DNA from: Eledone cirrhosa
Lineage: Eukaryota
Assembly: GCA_964016885.1 (NCBI GenBank)
Contig: OZ024743.1
Span: 147,250,001 to 147,314,000, forward strand
Length of the DNA stretch: 64,000 nt
Direction: 5' to 3'
Numbering within the stretch: the first letter of the stretch is position 1; every line of letters begins with the position of its first letter. Shown here one piece after another: positions 1-12,854 of the stretch. The notes under the pieces are model-generated. The model worked only from the letters and a program-made list of their open reading frames with translations, was not told the origin of the DNA and did no database searches. Both the position numbers and the translations under genes were made by a program.

Positions 1-340
1 GATGGACAATTGAAAGAGCTCAACTAAATGTATATGGGTTTATAAAATCATACATATATATGTATATACACAAATATAAAATTAATACACACATACAGTA
101 CAAAAATACGAATATTTCCGTGAAAATAGGAGCAAAATTATGTAGATAAATCTACCAAGAGTTTACGGTAGTGTCCAATCCGTATGAAGAACTCAATGTA
201 TTCCGGATATCATGGAAAGAAGAGATGTAATGAAAAATCACTTTCGGTGAAAGATAAACGGTATACAGAGTCAAGATAAAATATTAAACAAATAATGAAT
301 AAAACAATGAAACAGTTCCTTATATTAAACAAAAAAAAAG

Positions 341-494
341 TTCATTATTTAACGATCGTTTCTAGGATATATATGTGTTAGAATTGGTATGCATATTCAA
401 CAGATCTATGTACAAAATTATACAGAATTATACAAACTATCAAGATTAAATATACATACCAACACATATATACGCCGTCTTCAGAAATAATGAA
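341..494 (-). ncRNA. Type I hammerhead ribozyme with long stem II (family A)
   Basis: Reverse complement of the 2100-2253 motif. Confidence 0.75.
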
Positions 495-713
495 ATATAT
501 TTATTGATAATAACAACAATTCAAAATTTCAGGTCCGTTTGGGAACAAAATTGACCAATGAAAATACAAAAGGTTTTATGCCGTTCGGTGTGTGTATATA
601 CATGTAACTACCCTTACACATATTTTACAAAAATGTATGCTCAACATGTATACGCATACCAAAAGGATGGATGCAAATACAAAATTTCAAGGTTAATGTC
701 TCTGTAAGTTTAT

Positions 714-1247
714 TATATATATGTGTGTGTGTGTATGTGTGTGTGTGTATATATATCTTTATATATGTGTATGTGTATGTTCGTGTAGGTGTATGTGTGT
801 GTATGACTATATATGTATGTGTGTATGTGTGTATGTATGTATATGTATGTGTGTGTACATGTATGTATGTGTATGTATGTATGTGTGTGTATATGTGTAT
901 GTATATATATATATATATATGTATATGTATATATGTATGTGTATATATATGTATATATATATATGTATATGTATCTCTATTTGTATATGTATATGTGTAT
1001 AGGTATATACCTTTTTCTTTGTATGTCTGAGTTGTGTGAGAGTGTAGTGGTGTTTGTATGTATATACCGATATATGGATGCGTAAGTATTTGTGTGTATG
1101 TATGTATGTATGTCTGCATGTATTTGTGTGTATATATAGGTATGTATGTGTATATCTGTATGTATATAAGTATGTATGTGTATGTATATGTGCGTGTATG
1201 TGTGTATATATATGTGTGTCTATATAGTATGTGTGATTATGTGTGTA

Positions 1248-1316
<69 letters not shown>

Positions 1317-1418
1317 GTATGTGTGTATATGTGTGTATGTGTGTATATGTATATGTTTATATATGTGTGTGTATGTATGTTCTAAGTGTGGATGTGTGTA
1401 TATGTATGTGTGTGTTTT

Positions 1419-1453
<35 letters not shown>

Positions 1454-1458
1454 GTATG

Positions 1459-1489
<31 letters not shown>

Positions 1490-1490
1490 T
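714..1490. repeat. Compound (TA)n/(TG)n/(TATG)n microsatellite
   Basis: Direct reading; explains the YI/VC-rich ORFs. Confidence 0.95.
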
Positions 1491-2099
1491 TTCTTGATAT
1501 ATTTCTTTTTTCTTTTCTTTTTCTTTTCTTTCCTTTTAATTTTTATTTTTTATTTTCTTAGTTTATAGATACATCTATAATAAGCAGTCTGCCCAAACCG
1601 TTGAATACTGACCTCTCCCCCCCTCCCACCTAATTTCTGTATCTTGATCTAAATGTGTGTGGCAGTGTTTATGTGAGTGAATTAATATCCATGTGCTTAT
1701 GATATCCATATATATATATATGTGAGTGGGGGTGTGTGTGTGTTTGTATGTTCGTAATTATGTGTATGTTTATGCATATACGCGCGCGTGTGTGTGATTG
1801 TACGGATATGTGTGAGTATGAGAATATGTGTATACACTTATTTCATATTTATGTGTCTATACGCATCTTATCTGTGCATTATAAACTTACAGAGACATTA
1901 ACCTTGAAATTTTGTATTTGCATCCATCCTTTTGGTATGCGTATACATGTTGAGCATACATTTTTGTAAAATATGTGTAAGGGTAGTTACATGTATATAC
2001 ACACACCGAACGGCATAAAACCTTTTGTATTTTCATTGGTCAATTTTGTTCCCAAACGGACCTGAAATTTTGAATTGTTGTTATTATCAATAAATATAT

Positions 2100-2253
2100 T
2101 TCATTATTTCTGAAGACGGCGTATATATGTGTTGGTATGTATATTTAATCTTGATAGTTTGTATAATTCTGTATAATTTTGTACATAGATCTGTTGAATA
2201 TGCATACCAATTCTAACACATATATATCCTAGAAACGATCGTTAAATAATGAA
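2100..2253 (+). ncRNA. Type I hammerhead ribozyme with long stem II (family A)
   Basis: ttcattattt-CTGAAGA-(~115 nt branched stem II: tatatatgtgtt/aacacatatata, ggtatgtatatttaa/ttgaatatgcatacc)-GAAAC-gatc-GTT-aaataatgaa; perfect 10-bp stem I, palindromic stem III aacgatcgtt. Confidence 0.75.
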
Positions 2254-2339
2254 TTTTTTTTTGTTTAATATAAGGAACTGTTTCATTGTTTTATTCATTA
2301 TTTGTTTAATATTTTATATATATATATATATATATCATA

Positions 2340-3124
2340 TCCTCAGTGTATACTGATTAATGTTCAGAGCCATCCTCAGCATTCCCGTGTACCACCCATC
2401 CACCATCTGAGTGAGTTTCTTGGTCAGTGTCAAAGTCTCAGGCCCGTACAGCAGCACAGACTCCACTACAGCAATGAAGAGGCGGATTTTCACGTCTTCA
2501 CGAAGGTCCGACTTCCACACCGATCTCAAGTTGTTGCACGCTTTGCTCTTCCTCTCAACCACATCATCTTCCGTATTCCCAATCTTTGCTCCCAAATACA
2601 GGAAGTCCTCAACCAATTCTAGCGGCTTCCCGCCTACATTAGTGATCCCATCTGGCTTCTCAACATTATCTACCAGGTGAATTGGCAGTATCGGTAGAGG
2701 GTGGGACGCCATGCTTTGCAGCATAGAGTTACGCCCCTTTATGATCTGAGTTCAAATCTCACCGAGGTTAACTTTGCCTTTCATCCTTACAGGGTGGATA
2801 AAATAAAGTACCAGTAATACACTGGCATAATTGCCGGCCTTGTGCCAAAAGAAGAAAGAATTATCTACCAGATATTTTGTTTTAGTCTCATTCATTCTCA
2901 GCTCCACACTCATCGACACAGTCTCAACCTCCTGCATCAAATCCTCTGCCTCCTTCACTGTATTTGTCACCAAAACTATGTCGTCGGCAAATTCAGCATC
3001 TGATATCTTTTTCGCCTTAAGTCACCTGCTCTGAGCCGGTGTTACAGTAAAGTCACATTCCTGGAGTTTCTCCAGTGCAAGGCGCATACAATAGTCCACT
3101 ACGATGATAAAAAGGTAGGGAGCT
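2340..3124 (-). pseudogene. RTE-type LINE reverse transcriptase fragment (inverted 5' part), interrupted by a SINE
   Basis: Translates PYLFIIVVDY...EFADDIVL...MNETKTKY...DFLYLGA...KIRLFIAVVESVLLYGPETLTLTK; in-frame stop present. Confidence 0.9.
2677..2859 (+). mobile_element. tRNA-derived SINE with 12-bp TSD
   Basis: A-box tggcagtatcgg, B-box gagttcaaatc, central ctttgcctttcatcc...taaagtaccag domain; TSD attatctaccag at 2665-2676 and 2860-2871. Confidence 0.92.
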
Positions 3125-3402
3125 CTATGGGAGCCTCCTAAAATTCAGCTCAAAAGTGACACAGAGGAGACTGAGGTTAGCTGGACATGCTCACCGATAT
3201 CCAGAGTTCACATTGCACTCAGTGCTCCTGTGGGAGCCCCATGCATGGACACACTGGAAGCGGAAGACCATGGTTAACGTATGTTGATGCCCTAAGGACA
3301 GACATTGGTCTGTTGGAGACGAAGGACATGGCAGCGATAATGATGGACAGAGACCGCTGGAGAGAACTCGTCCATGGATCTCGGGAATTTTACCCGCCCT
3401 AG
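3120..3402 (+). pseudogene. RTE-type LINE ORF C-terminus (3' part of the same element)
   Basis: ELYGSL...RRLRLAGHAHRYPE...LLWEPMHGHTGSGRPWLTYVDALRTDIG...MMDRDRWRELV, typical of the RTE/RTEX C-terminus. Confidence 0.88.
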
Positions 3403-4067
3403 AATATATCATATATATATATATATATATACCTCTTTCGGTAAATGAAATTACTCGGAACGGTTGGATTTGCCCCGGGGCCCGCCGCGCCGCCTGTTTT
3501 GACCACCATATTATACTTATACCTATAAACTCTGGGCTCAGGGATAACTGTTAGCTGTATCATGCCTCCCTCTACTGGCCCGTAAATAAACCCCTCCTGT
3601 GTGAATTAATATTATTCGTTTGGTATAGACGATGGCCTGTCGAAGATGGTAGACTTCCCGCTAGCACACGCGGGGCCTATGGAAGTCACGTTCCTAGAGT
3701 ACTCGGAGAAATTAATTTCCATTTCTTTCACTAGACGATACCACTCGAAACTGGCTGACACGTGGTTAGGAGGTGCTGGCTGGGATTTACAATCGAAGAC
3801 TATAATCTTTACTCTATATCCCACCTTGATAACTTATAGGGATTCCCAATAATACACTTAAACTTTTTCATATAAGACTCTCTCTGTAGTTTCATTAAAT
3901 AAATCCCGCAACACAAATCTTTAATTTTCTATTAATTTTCTAATTATTTTAAAAATTTCTTTAAACTCTTAATTTTTTAAACTTTTAATTTAATTTCAAC
4001 CTTTAACTCTTAACATAAGTTAACGTTCCAATTTTCTGTTCCCACATTTGACCATACAGACACCCAT

Positions 4068-4252
4068 GGTGGATTGGCAGTATCGGTGGAGGGACGGACG
4101 CCATGCTTTCCAGCATAGTTACGTCCCTTTACGATCTGAGTTCAAATCCCGCCGAGGTTGACTTTGCCTTTCATCCTTACGGGGTCGATAAAATAAAGTA
4201 CCAGTAATGCACTGGGTAATTGCTGGCCTTGTGCCTAAAATAGAAACAATTA
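4068..4252 (+). mobile_element. tRNA-derived SINE (same family)
   Basis: Aligns by eye to 2677-2859. Confidence 0.92.
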
Positions 4253-4540
4253 TATATACCTTTGTTAAAATATAGGTTCTTTGGAATAACATTTTTGCGG
4301 CGTTTTCTTGCCTGACTGTAGTGTGACCCTTACGCTGACTTTTCTTCTTTCTTTCTTCTCTTTTTTTATTCTTTGACTGATAGGTGGTAGTACACTATAA
4401 GCCTTCGCCCCTTCACCAGATGGTTATTAGTAGACCGAATAGCCATCACTTGAGGGCGACTGACCGAGGTGAAAACAGCTAGTTGATCAGTCGTCCTTTC
4501 TGTCTCTGATTTTCGGACCCATGGATTTTTATATATTCCT

Positions 4541-4603
4541 TTGTTATATTTCGATCACCGGATTCATACGGAACCCGGTCATTGAAATGATCATAGTATA
4601 ATA
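4541..4603 (+). ncRNA. Degenerate hammerhead remnant (CUGANGA box decayed)
   Basis: 9-bp stem I ttgttatat/gtataataa, stem II accgg/ccggt, GAAA-tgatca-TA palindromic stem III; 5' core reads ttcgatc. Confidence 0.45.
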
Positions 4604-4696
4604 AACTTTTCAAGGATTTACACCAGTCCAGCCTCTTGTTATTTTATTCATAATTATATATATATGTATATATATTATATATACATATATATATAC

Positions 4697-4799
<103 letters not shown>

Positions 4800-4800
4800 C

Positions 4801-5159
<359 letters not shown>

Positions 5160-5178
5160 ATATAGATATCATATATAT

Positions 5179-5217
<39 letters not shown>

Positions 5218-5281
5218 TATATATATTTATATATATATCATATATATATATATATATATCATATATATATATATATATATG

Positions 5282-5315
<34 letters not shown>

Positions 5316-5326
5316 TATATATATGT

Positions 5327-5376
<50 letters not shown>

Positions 5377-5400
5377 ATATATATATATATATATATATAT

Positions 5401-5465
<65 letters not shown>

Positions 5466-6332
5466 TTATGTTGAAATGAGAGCGTCGCATTATAATCTGT
5501 TAGGCACGAAATTATAAATATATAACGGAAAGAAATAGGATTAAAAATTATTCATGACTTTCTTAAACGACACATATGAAGTGAAATGACTGTAAAAAGC
5601 AACGTCAATTCAAACTGAAATGAGGATGCAGACTAAGATCACCAGGGGCTTAACCTCTTTCTCTACGGTACTACATAATATAAATAGCCAAATGAAAAAA
5701 GTCTAATAGCGGAGAAAACATATACGGTAGCATTTCTGACATTTACCAAACAGCAGTCGTAAATAAGTGATACTTAAAATATTTTGCGGTTGGTTCTCTA
5801 GACATTCAATATTCATTATATTTAGGTATTAGCCATAGCTGACTGATGATCACTGCCACATTTTGTTAGAGATTAAATCATATTCGGCTTTAATTTGAGA
5901 ATTATCAAAGAAATAGTTATCATTTTACATAAAGACTGTCGTTGACAGGTTGAGAAATGGTTCCTTCTTTAACTAGTTGGATAATGAAGGGTAGAGAAAA
6001 TGATTTACTACAGAATTTATGGCTTATATAAATAGCATAGGAACTACTTAGTTTTGAGTAAAGTAGGTAAATATATGTGTGTGAGCACGTGTGCATGTGC
6101 GTATCCGTGTAAATGTGTGTGTGTGTATAAAGAATGTACATATGAACATTTAGCTGTAAACCTCTTATAATGGTAAATATTTAAATACAAGGTTCCCTTT
6201 CACTTTGGTGAATACTCATACACTTATACAAATAAACATATACACACAAACGCGTGCCGATACACATTTACTGAGAGACTTACGGGATGGCGAGTTAGAT
6301 TTGTCGCTGACTCTGACTATATCACTTAAACA

Positions 6333-6906
6333 CAGACGTGCCAACATCTAAAAGCCCAAACGGCAAGTACCGTGAAAAAAAGTGCCCCTAAACGAGGAGA
6401 AAGGAGACGAAATGGTGATATTTTACATAATTGTTTCTACTTTTGGCACAAGGCCAGCAATTAGTCAGTACATTACTGGTACTTTATTTTATCAACCCCG
6501 TAAGGATGAAAGGCAAAGTTAACCTCGGCGCGATTTGAATTCAGATTGTAAAGGGTTGTAACTCTTTGCGTCAAAGAATGGAGTCCGACCCTCCACTGAT
6601 ACTGCCAATCCATACATAATTGTTTCTACTTTAGGCACAAGGCCAGCAATTACCCAGTACATTACTGGTACTTTATTTTATCGACCCTGTAAGGATGAAA
6701 GGCAAAGTTAACCTTGGCGGGATTTGAACTCAGACTATAAAGGGACGTAACTATGCTAGAAAGCATGACGTCCAACCCTCTACCGATACTGCCAATTCAC
6801 CGCGCTCCATACATAATGAAAGCTAAACCCATTTTTATGGCATCTGTGACCCACCCCAAAGTGGGTAGGAGATCTCCCCGACTGACGGGGAGAGTTGGCA
6901 GGTCTG
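6333..6906. mobile_element. Non-autonomous DNA transposon (MITE-like), 13-bp TIR, 6-bp TSD, hosting two SINEs
   Basis: TIR cagacgtgccaac / gttggcaggtctg (1 mismatch); taaaca at 6327-6332 and 6907-6912. Confidence 0.7.
6432..6805 (-). mobile_element. Two tandem SINE copies (6432-6611, 6621-6805)
   Basis: Reverse complement of the SINE consensus; tacataat repeated at 6424, 6613 and 6810. Confidence 0.92.
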
Positions 6907-7601
6907 TAAACACCTGTTGATATACTAATCTTCCTAACTCACCTTGTAATCCGCTTCCATTAGGTAAATAAATAATAACTTCGTGATGTTCTCAAAATTA
7001 TGACCAAAAACATTCGCGTGCTGATAGTTCCATCTTTTATTCAAATTTGCTGTATCTAGGACTATATAATCTATTGTCTTTTCTTTTATAAAACAGGAAG
7101 TTGTGACATAAAAAACTTATAAAAGATGGCAAGTTGTGACTTCGTGGAGGTTTGACTACGTGTTTTTAGCAGATTAATTGACTTCGTCTAACCTCCGTTG
7201 CTCATGAGTATTTTCCCTTCCTCACATAGTTATATTAATGTCAGTAAGTTATATTTTTCACATAATCATTAATGGCCGAGGAAAGTGAAGTACAATGAGC
7301 ACTTCAATACGTTACTGTGTCACCCTGCTATTTTATAGTTAATAAAGTTTTAGTAAAGAGCTTGTCTGATAAGTCTGGAGATATCACCAGATAATCACTC
7401 TCCAGAGAGAATGATATTTATGTGATATTACCGGACTAGCTGAATTGGCACTGATATATACTTTTTAAATAGAATACATATTAGGTATTTTTTTCAATCT
7501 CTTAAAGAGGCAGTTTACATTCAAGAGTTAATTTTAATTTCAAATTTGCCTCACAGAATTGTGAAAATATGAGTGCACACAGTCACAGACACAAACGCAA
7601 G

Positions 7602-7696
<95 letters not shown>

Positions 7697-7879
7697 GACA
7701 GTATAAACGTTAATGTAAATTCCAGCCGTTTTGTTTTGAATAACAGATTCTTTTCCAATAAATTTGACGGTTTAGCTGGAAGACAATTTGATCATAATTA
7801 TAAATATTATCGAATTTGATACTAGGTTAATAAAACATAAATACGTGAATTGAAGGATGCTAAAAGTTGTGTATGTATG

Positions 7880-8448
7880 TTCTTCTGGTTTTATAATTTC
7901 ACAAATGTTTACCAATGGAGAGAGAGTCGGTTTCTAACATAGACACAAGACTCTCTCATTGTAATTTACACAACATCAACTAGGTAGATATGTATGGATG
8001 TCTGCATGTGTAGATATGGATGTTATTGTATGTGTGGATGTGGATGTTTTGAGTTGTATGTGTGCATGCGTATATGCTTTGTATCTGTACATGTGTATAT
8101 GCAGTTATTAGATGCAAAATTTTTGGAATGTTTTACATATTTTTACTTTTCCATATTTTTACTGTTTTACTGGATTGTACTTGTAATTTCCTAACTAGTT
8201 GTGTTCTTTCTGTTCCTATGAAGCCCAGCTTCTCAAGATTTCTATTGAGGCAGTTACTAACATATCCCAGTGCCCCAATAATCACATGCATGAATCTGAA
8301 GGCGTAATCAGGGTAGAGTATCTGCAGATTTCTCATCAGTTCTGCATAAATATTCTCCTTTTCGCTAATCTTTGATGTTATATTGGCATCTGCTGGACCG
8401 CTAATTTCCACTACTGTGCATGCTTTCTTCTCCCTGTCCCATATCATA
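7880..8448 (-). mobile_element. R4/Dong-type non-LTR retrotransposon 3' fragment (RLE domain end + 3' UTR), copy 1
   Basis: MIWDREKKACTVVEISGP...KENIYAEL...VIIGALG; high similarity to 8471-9024; flanked by (TATG)n. Confidence 0.85.
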
Positions 8449-8470
8449 TGTATGTAAGTATGTATGTATG

Positions 8471-9671
8471 TTCTTCTGGTTTTATAATTTCACAAAGTTT
8501 TACCAATAGAGAGAGAGACGGTTTCTAACATAGACACAAGACTCTCTCATTTGAATTTACACAACATCAACTAGGTAGATATGTATATATGCATGCATGT
8601 GTAGATATGGATGTTATTGTATGTGTGGATGTGGATGTTTTGAGTTGTATGTGTGCATGTGTATATGCTTTGTATCCGTACATGTGTATATGCAGTTATT
8701 AGATGCACATTGTTTGGAATGTTTTTCATATTTTTACTGTTCCATTAATGGATTGTACTTGTAATTTCCTAACTAGTTGTGTTCTTTCTGTTCCTGTGAA
8801 GCCTAAGTTCTCAAGATTTCTATTGAGGCAGTTACTAACATACCCAGTGCCCCAATAATCACAGGCATAAATCTGAAGGTGTAATCAGGGTGGTGTATCT
8901 GCAGATTTCTCATCAGTTCTGCATAAATATTCTCCTTTTCACTAATATTTGTTATTATATTGGCATCTGCTGGGCAGCTAATTTCCACTACTGTGCATGT
9001 TTTCTTCTCCCTGTCCCATATCATAATATCTGGTCTGTTATGCCTGCATTTTATTGGGGTTTTTACTGAAACATTCCACTAGTACTCTTTCATATTATGT
9101 ACATGGATGTCTTCCACATTGTTGTAGCTTTTAATGTGTTTATTATCGGGGCTATCTTTTTTACGAACTGCATTGTCCAGTGTTTTGGCCACTACATCAT
9201 GCCTCATAGGTAGATAGTACTGCGATGACATCTTTGGACAGCTGCTGATGACATGGGTGATATCCTCGATGTTAGTTCTGCAGAGTCTGCACTTGTTATT
9301 ACATCTAGGTGTTTTGCCTGCATCCCTATCTCTTTGGTGAATCAGGTATTTCATGCTAATCTCCTGTTCTTGGATTGCAAAAGCGTATCCTTCAAAGTGG
9401 GAGCCAATATAGCGGTTGTTGGTCCAAGATAGACTACTTTCCTTATCTATATTACTCTCACTCTGGAGCTTCCTGGCAACATATCCATGCGTGATTTTTT
9501 GCTGATAGGCATGCAGTTTTTCATCCATGAATTCACTGCGATACTGCTGAGCGACATCCCCGGGTGCGAGATTTTGATTATCACACAGGGAATATCTCTC
9601 AAGGACTTCCTTTCCAACTCTCATGATCTTATCTGTTTCATGCAGATAGACTTCCTCGAGAAACGGGCTCC
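8471..9671 (-). mobile_element. R4/Dong-type non-LTR retrotransposon 3' fragment (CCHC finger + restriction-like endonuclease), copy 2
   Basis: CRLC...EDITHVISSC...RHDVVA, then HNRPDIMIWD...VVEISCP...K..Y (PD-(D/E)xK RLE); stop and frameshift present; (TATG)n on both sides. Confidence 0.9.
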
Positions 9672-9725
9672 TATGTATGTATGTATGTATGTATGTATGT
9701 ATGTATGTATGTATGTATGTATGTA

Positions 9726-9805
<80 letters not shown>

Positions 9806-10695
9806 TGCAAAGGTCAACTCAGTAGAAATTATACATACAATATGCTATGATATTTAGATGTTATGGGATATTCAACAAAATCATCATTCTCTGAAAACCT
9901 ACTACCCAAAAATTAGATATTTTCTTATTTCTACTCTACACAAATGTAAAAGTGTATTACATTAGATAATATAGATCTAGATACATCATATTTTAAAAAT
10001 AGACAAGATGATGACAATTTGAACATATTTGATCTTAAGACTGTCCAATAACTATTGGCTTTCGGCTAAATAACAACACAAAAATATTACGGGCTCTGAA
10101 AGTGATGATTGCTACTGGTTTTGTGTTGCGTGTTGTTAACCCTGGTTGAACATTGTGTCCTTTGAATATCAAATTATTCATTTCGTGTTATGTGCAGCAT
10201 GTTATGAGTGTGATTTGACTATAATTTATACCTAGTCGAGCTTTCAAAGAAAAGATTCCTCACTAGTTCTTGTGGTGATAGTTTCCATAGTAACTATGTA
10301 AAACTTCGTTTAAGTTAGTGAAAAATAACAATAATATCTCTATCATTCAGATTATCAATCATTTGCGGAATTTCTTTACGATTGTTGCTGTAGTCACTTT
10401 AATCCGTGTTTCTCTACTAAGAAACGTTCTTCTACATGGGATAATATATTGCTCAATGAAGCCTTACGTCATTATATTCATTGATATTCATCTCATAAAT
10501 GTATCACCGTACCCATAAGGGTTGACTTAGGTGAATGCTATACATAAACATGTTTTATTCTTGTACAAAGTCAAATTTTCCCCAACGGCTACTGTTAAAC
10601 GCTAAAAGCATTTGATTCAACACAGGTTACTTTGGGTTGATTACTAGGTTAAGTACGTTAATTCACAAATAATTATGTTCTCCATACAGAAGCAT

Positions 10696-10753
<58 letters not shown>

Positions 10754-11498
10754 TAGAAAGTGAGGGTGTTTTACAAAAGGAAAAAAAAAACGAGGTGTGA
10801 AAGTATAAGGAAAAAAGTGAAATCGAAAATGCAACTGGAGTCTTAAAAAAAAAAAAATTTATTTGGTTCCTTTAGCTTGTACTAGAACTTTTGTATCGTG
10901 GCGGTACCCTTAGAGATAGTATTAGTATTTTTCGGGACTCTGAATTATTATTTCGTACTAGTTTACTTTTTTGCACTGGATGGTTGCCGGCCTGGGGTAG
11001 AAACTTTTATTAATTATTTCATGGTAGTTTCTTTAGTTTTTTGGCCCCACACTTGTTGACCCGTCACCGTATGATATACGTACGTATACCTCTTAAAGGG
11101 TGTCTTATTAATTCCGTCCCACCTAGTATATTTCTTTAGCCTAGCTATAGCGAGAGACTTAGGTCGTAGTAACCAGAAATTGTTTATTTATTTTTTTTTT
11201 ACATTTAATCGCTTTTCCACACTCTCAGTATTTTTCTTTTTATTTACCCCTCATTGTTCTACTTACTGTTTCGACTTCCTCCCCCTCCCCCTCCCTAGTA
11301 TCTTCTCTGACCTCACGCCCAGCTGTAGCCGGCACTATCAATGCATCAATGGGTCTCCTCCACCCACTCTCCGTCTTTCTTCTACTGGCAGGTTTAGCTA
11401 CCCCTTTCCCCCACTAATTGCCATCATAGAATTATTATGTCTCAACTACTAACTTTTGACCAATCCCTGTGACAATCACTTTGACCATATATGGAATT

Positions 11499-11592
11499 AC
11501 CCCTTGAGAAGCTCGGCTATTCAAATACCAGGATTAATTTTCATTTAGTCCAGAATTAGCCGTCGAAACAGATTGAGCTCTGCCGTCGGGGT
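11499..11592 (+). ncRNA. Type I hammerhead ribozyme with U3-A8 variant core (family B)
   Basis: acccc-TTGAGAA-g..cggcta...tagccgtc-GAAAC-...-GTC-ggggt; 3' half and tail shared with 20307-20447, 33942-34120 and 42953-43160. Confidence 0.6.
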
Positions 11593-11684
11593 CCTACTCG
11601 TTCCTATTACCCACTCTACTAACCTAAGTATTGAGTACTTTGGTGCGTTATGGACCACCTGGTTCCTTACCACATTTCTATCGT

Positions 11685-11715
<31 letters not shown>

Positions 11716-11914
11716 TTAACGATACTCTTTATGGTTATGTATATACTAAAACCTTTTATAGTTATATATATATTATACCCTAAATAGTGAAAGACAGTAA
11801 TTTATTACTATCTTATTACCAGTAAGATAAATAGCTCAATGTAACAACATCAGTTGTTTTACAGACCAGTTATATAGAGATTACATGAAACAAAGTTCTG
11901 TTTAAATCATTTAT

Positions 11915-11963
11915 TTGCTTACAATTGTTTCTTCCACACCGAGGTTTGGAGTCTTCGGAGCAA
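11915..11963 (-). ncRNA. Minimal type I hammerhead (C4 variant, family C)
   Basis: Reverse complement of 12772-12820 with one stem II substitution. Confidence 0.65.
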
Positions 11964-12771
11964 TTATTCAGTGATTTTTAACATACTTGACCTCCTTTTC
12001 AACACAAGAGTCATATAGAAACATATGTATATATTGACCTACAGTGGGTTGACATCCATTATAAAAATATAGCATGGTAATTTACATACAAAGATTACAG
12101 TCATATTAAAGGACAAAATTAAAGTTAAAATTAAAATTAAAATAAAACATTGGCAGTCTACTAAGATAAAGCAAAAGGAAAGTTTGGAGTAGCCAGTGTA
12201 TGCAACAGTCACACGTGTGGCATGCACGCGTGTCCTATTTATACAAGATTATAGTGCGGCAGATTGTTACAAGTAAAACAAGCAGTCAAAGCAGGCAATC
12301 AAGAGCATCATGGGGGCTGAATTGGTAAAGCATTATTCACACACACCTGTACGATATAGAGGCCCGTGTGTGGAGAAACACCGTGTGTGTGAATAATGCT
12401 TTGCCAGTTCAGCCCCCATGATGCTCTTGATTGCCTGCTTTGATTGCTTGTTTTACTTGTAACAATCTGCCGCACTATAATCTTGTAAAAATAGGACACG
12501 CGTGCATGCCACACGTGTGACTGTTGCATACACTGGCTACTCCAAACTTTCCTTTTGCTTTATCTTAGTAGACTGCCAATGTTTTATTTTAATTTTCATT
12601 TTAATTTTAACTTTAATTTTGTCCTTTAATATGACTGTAATCTTTGTATGTAAATTACCATGCTATATTATTATAATGGATGTCAACCCACTGTGGGTCA
12701 ATATATACATATGTTTCTATATGTCTCTTGTGTTGAAAAGGAGGTCAAGTATGTTAAAAATCACTGAATAA

Positions 12772-12820
12772 TTGCTCCGAAGACTCCAAACCTCGGTTTG
12801 GAAGAAACAATTGTAAGCAA
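12772..12820 (+). ncRNA. Minimal type I hammerhead (C4 variant, family C)
   Basis: ttgct-CCGAAGA-ctccaaac ctcg gtttggaa-GAAAC-aatt-GTA-agcaa; palindromic stem III acaattgt. Confidence 0.7.
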
Positions 12821-12854
12821 ATAAATGATTTAAACAGAACTTTGTTTCATGTAA

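Larger units (their letters stand above)
276..2317. mobile_element. Inverted-repeat element (arms 276-713 and 1881-2317, ~437 bp, near-identical) carrying an HHR in each arm; Penelope-like inverted pseudo-LTR structure
   Basis: 1881-2317 is the reverse complement of 276-713 apart from the A/T run; right end abuts (TA)n; spacer is microsatellite-rich. Confidence 0.85.

Noticed and set aside
3430-3860. Unique GC-richer stretch with 68-70-aa ORFs; similar cases at 21719-22049, 34272-34868, 52220-52615 and 56183-56467
   Set aside because: No recognisable motif or splice structure; cannot be called without a database search
4405-4500. Alternative hairpins gggcgactga..tcagtcgtcc with CTGA and GAAA words
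   Set aside because: Could not be folded into a hammerhead with correct core spacing
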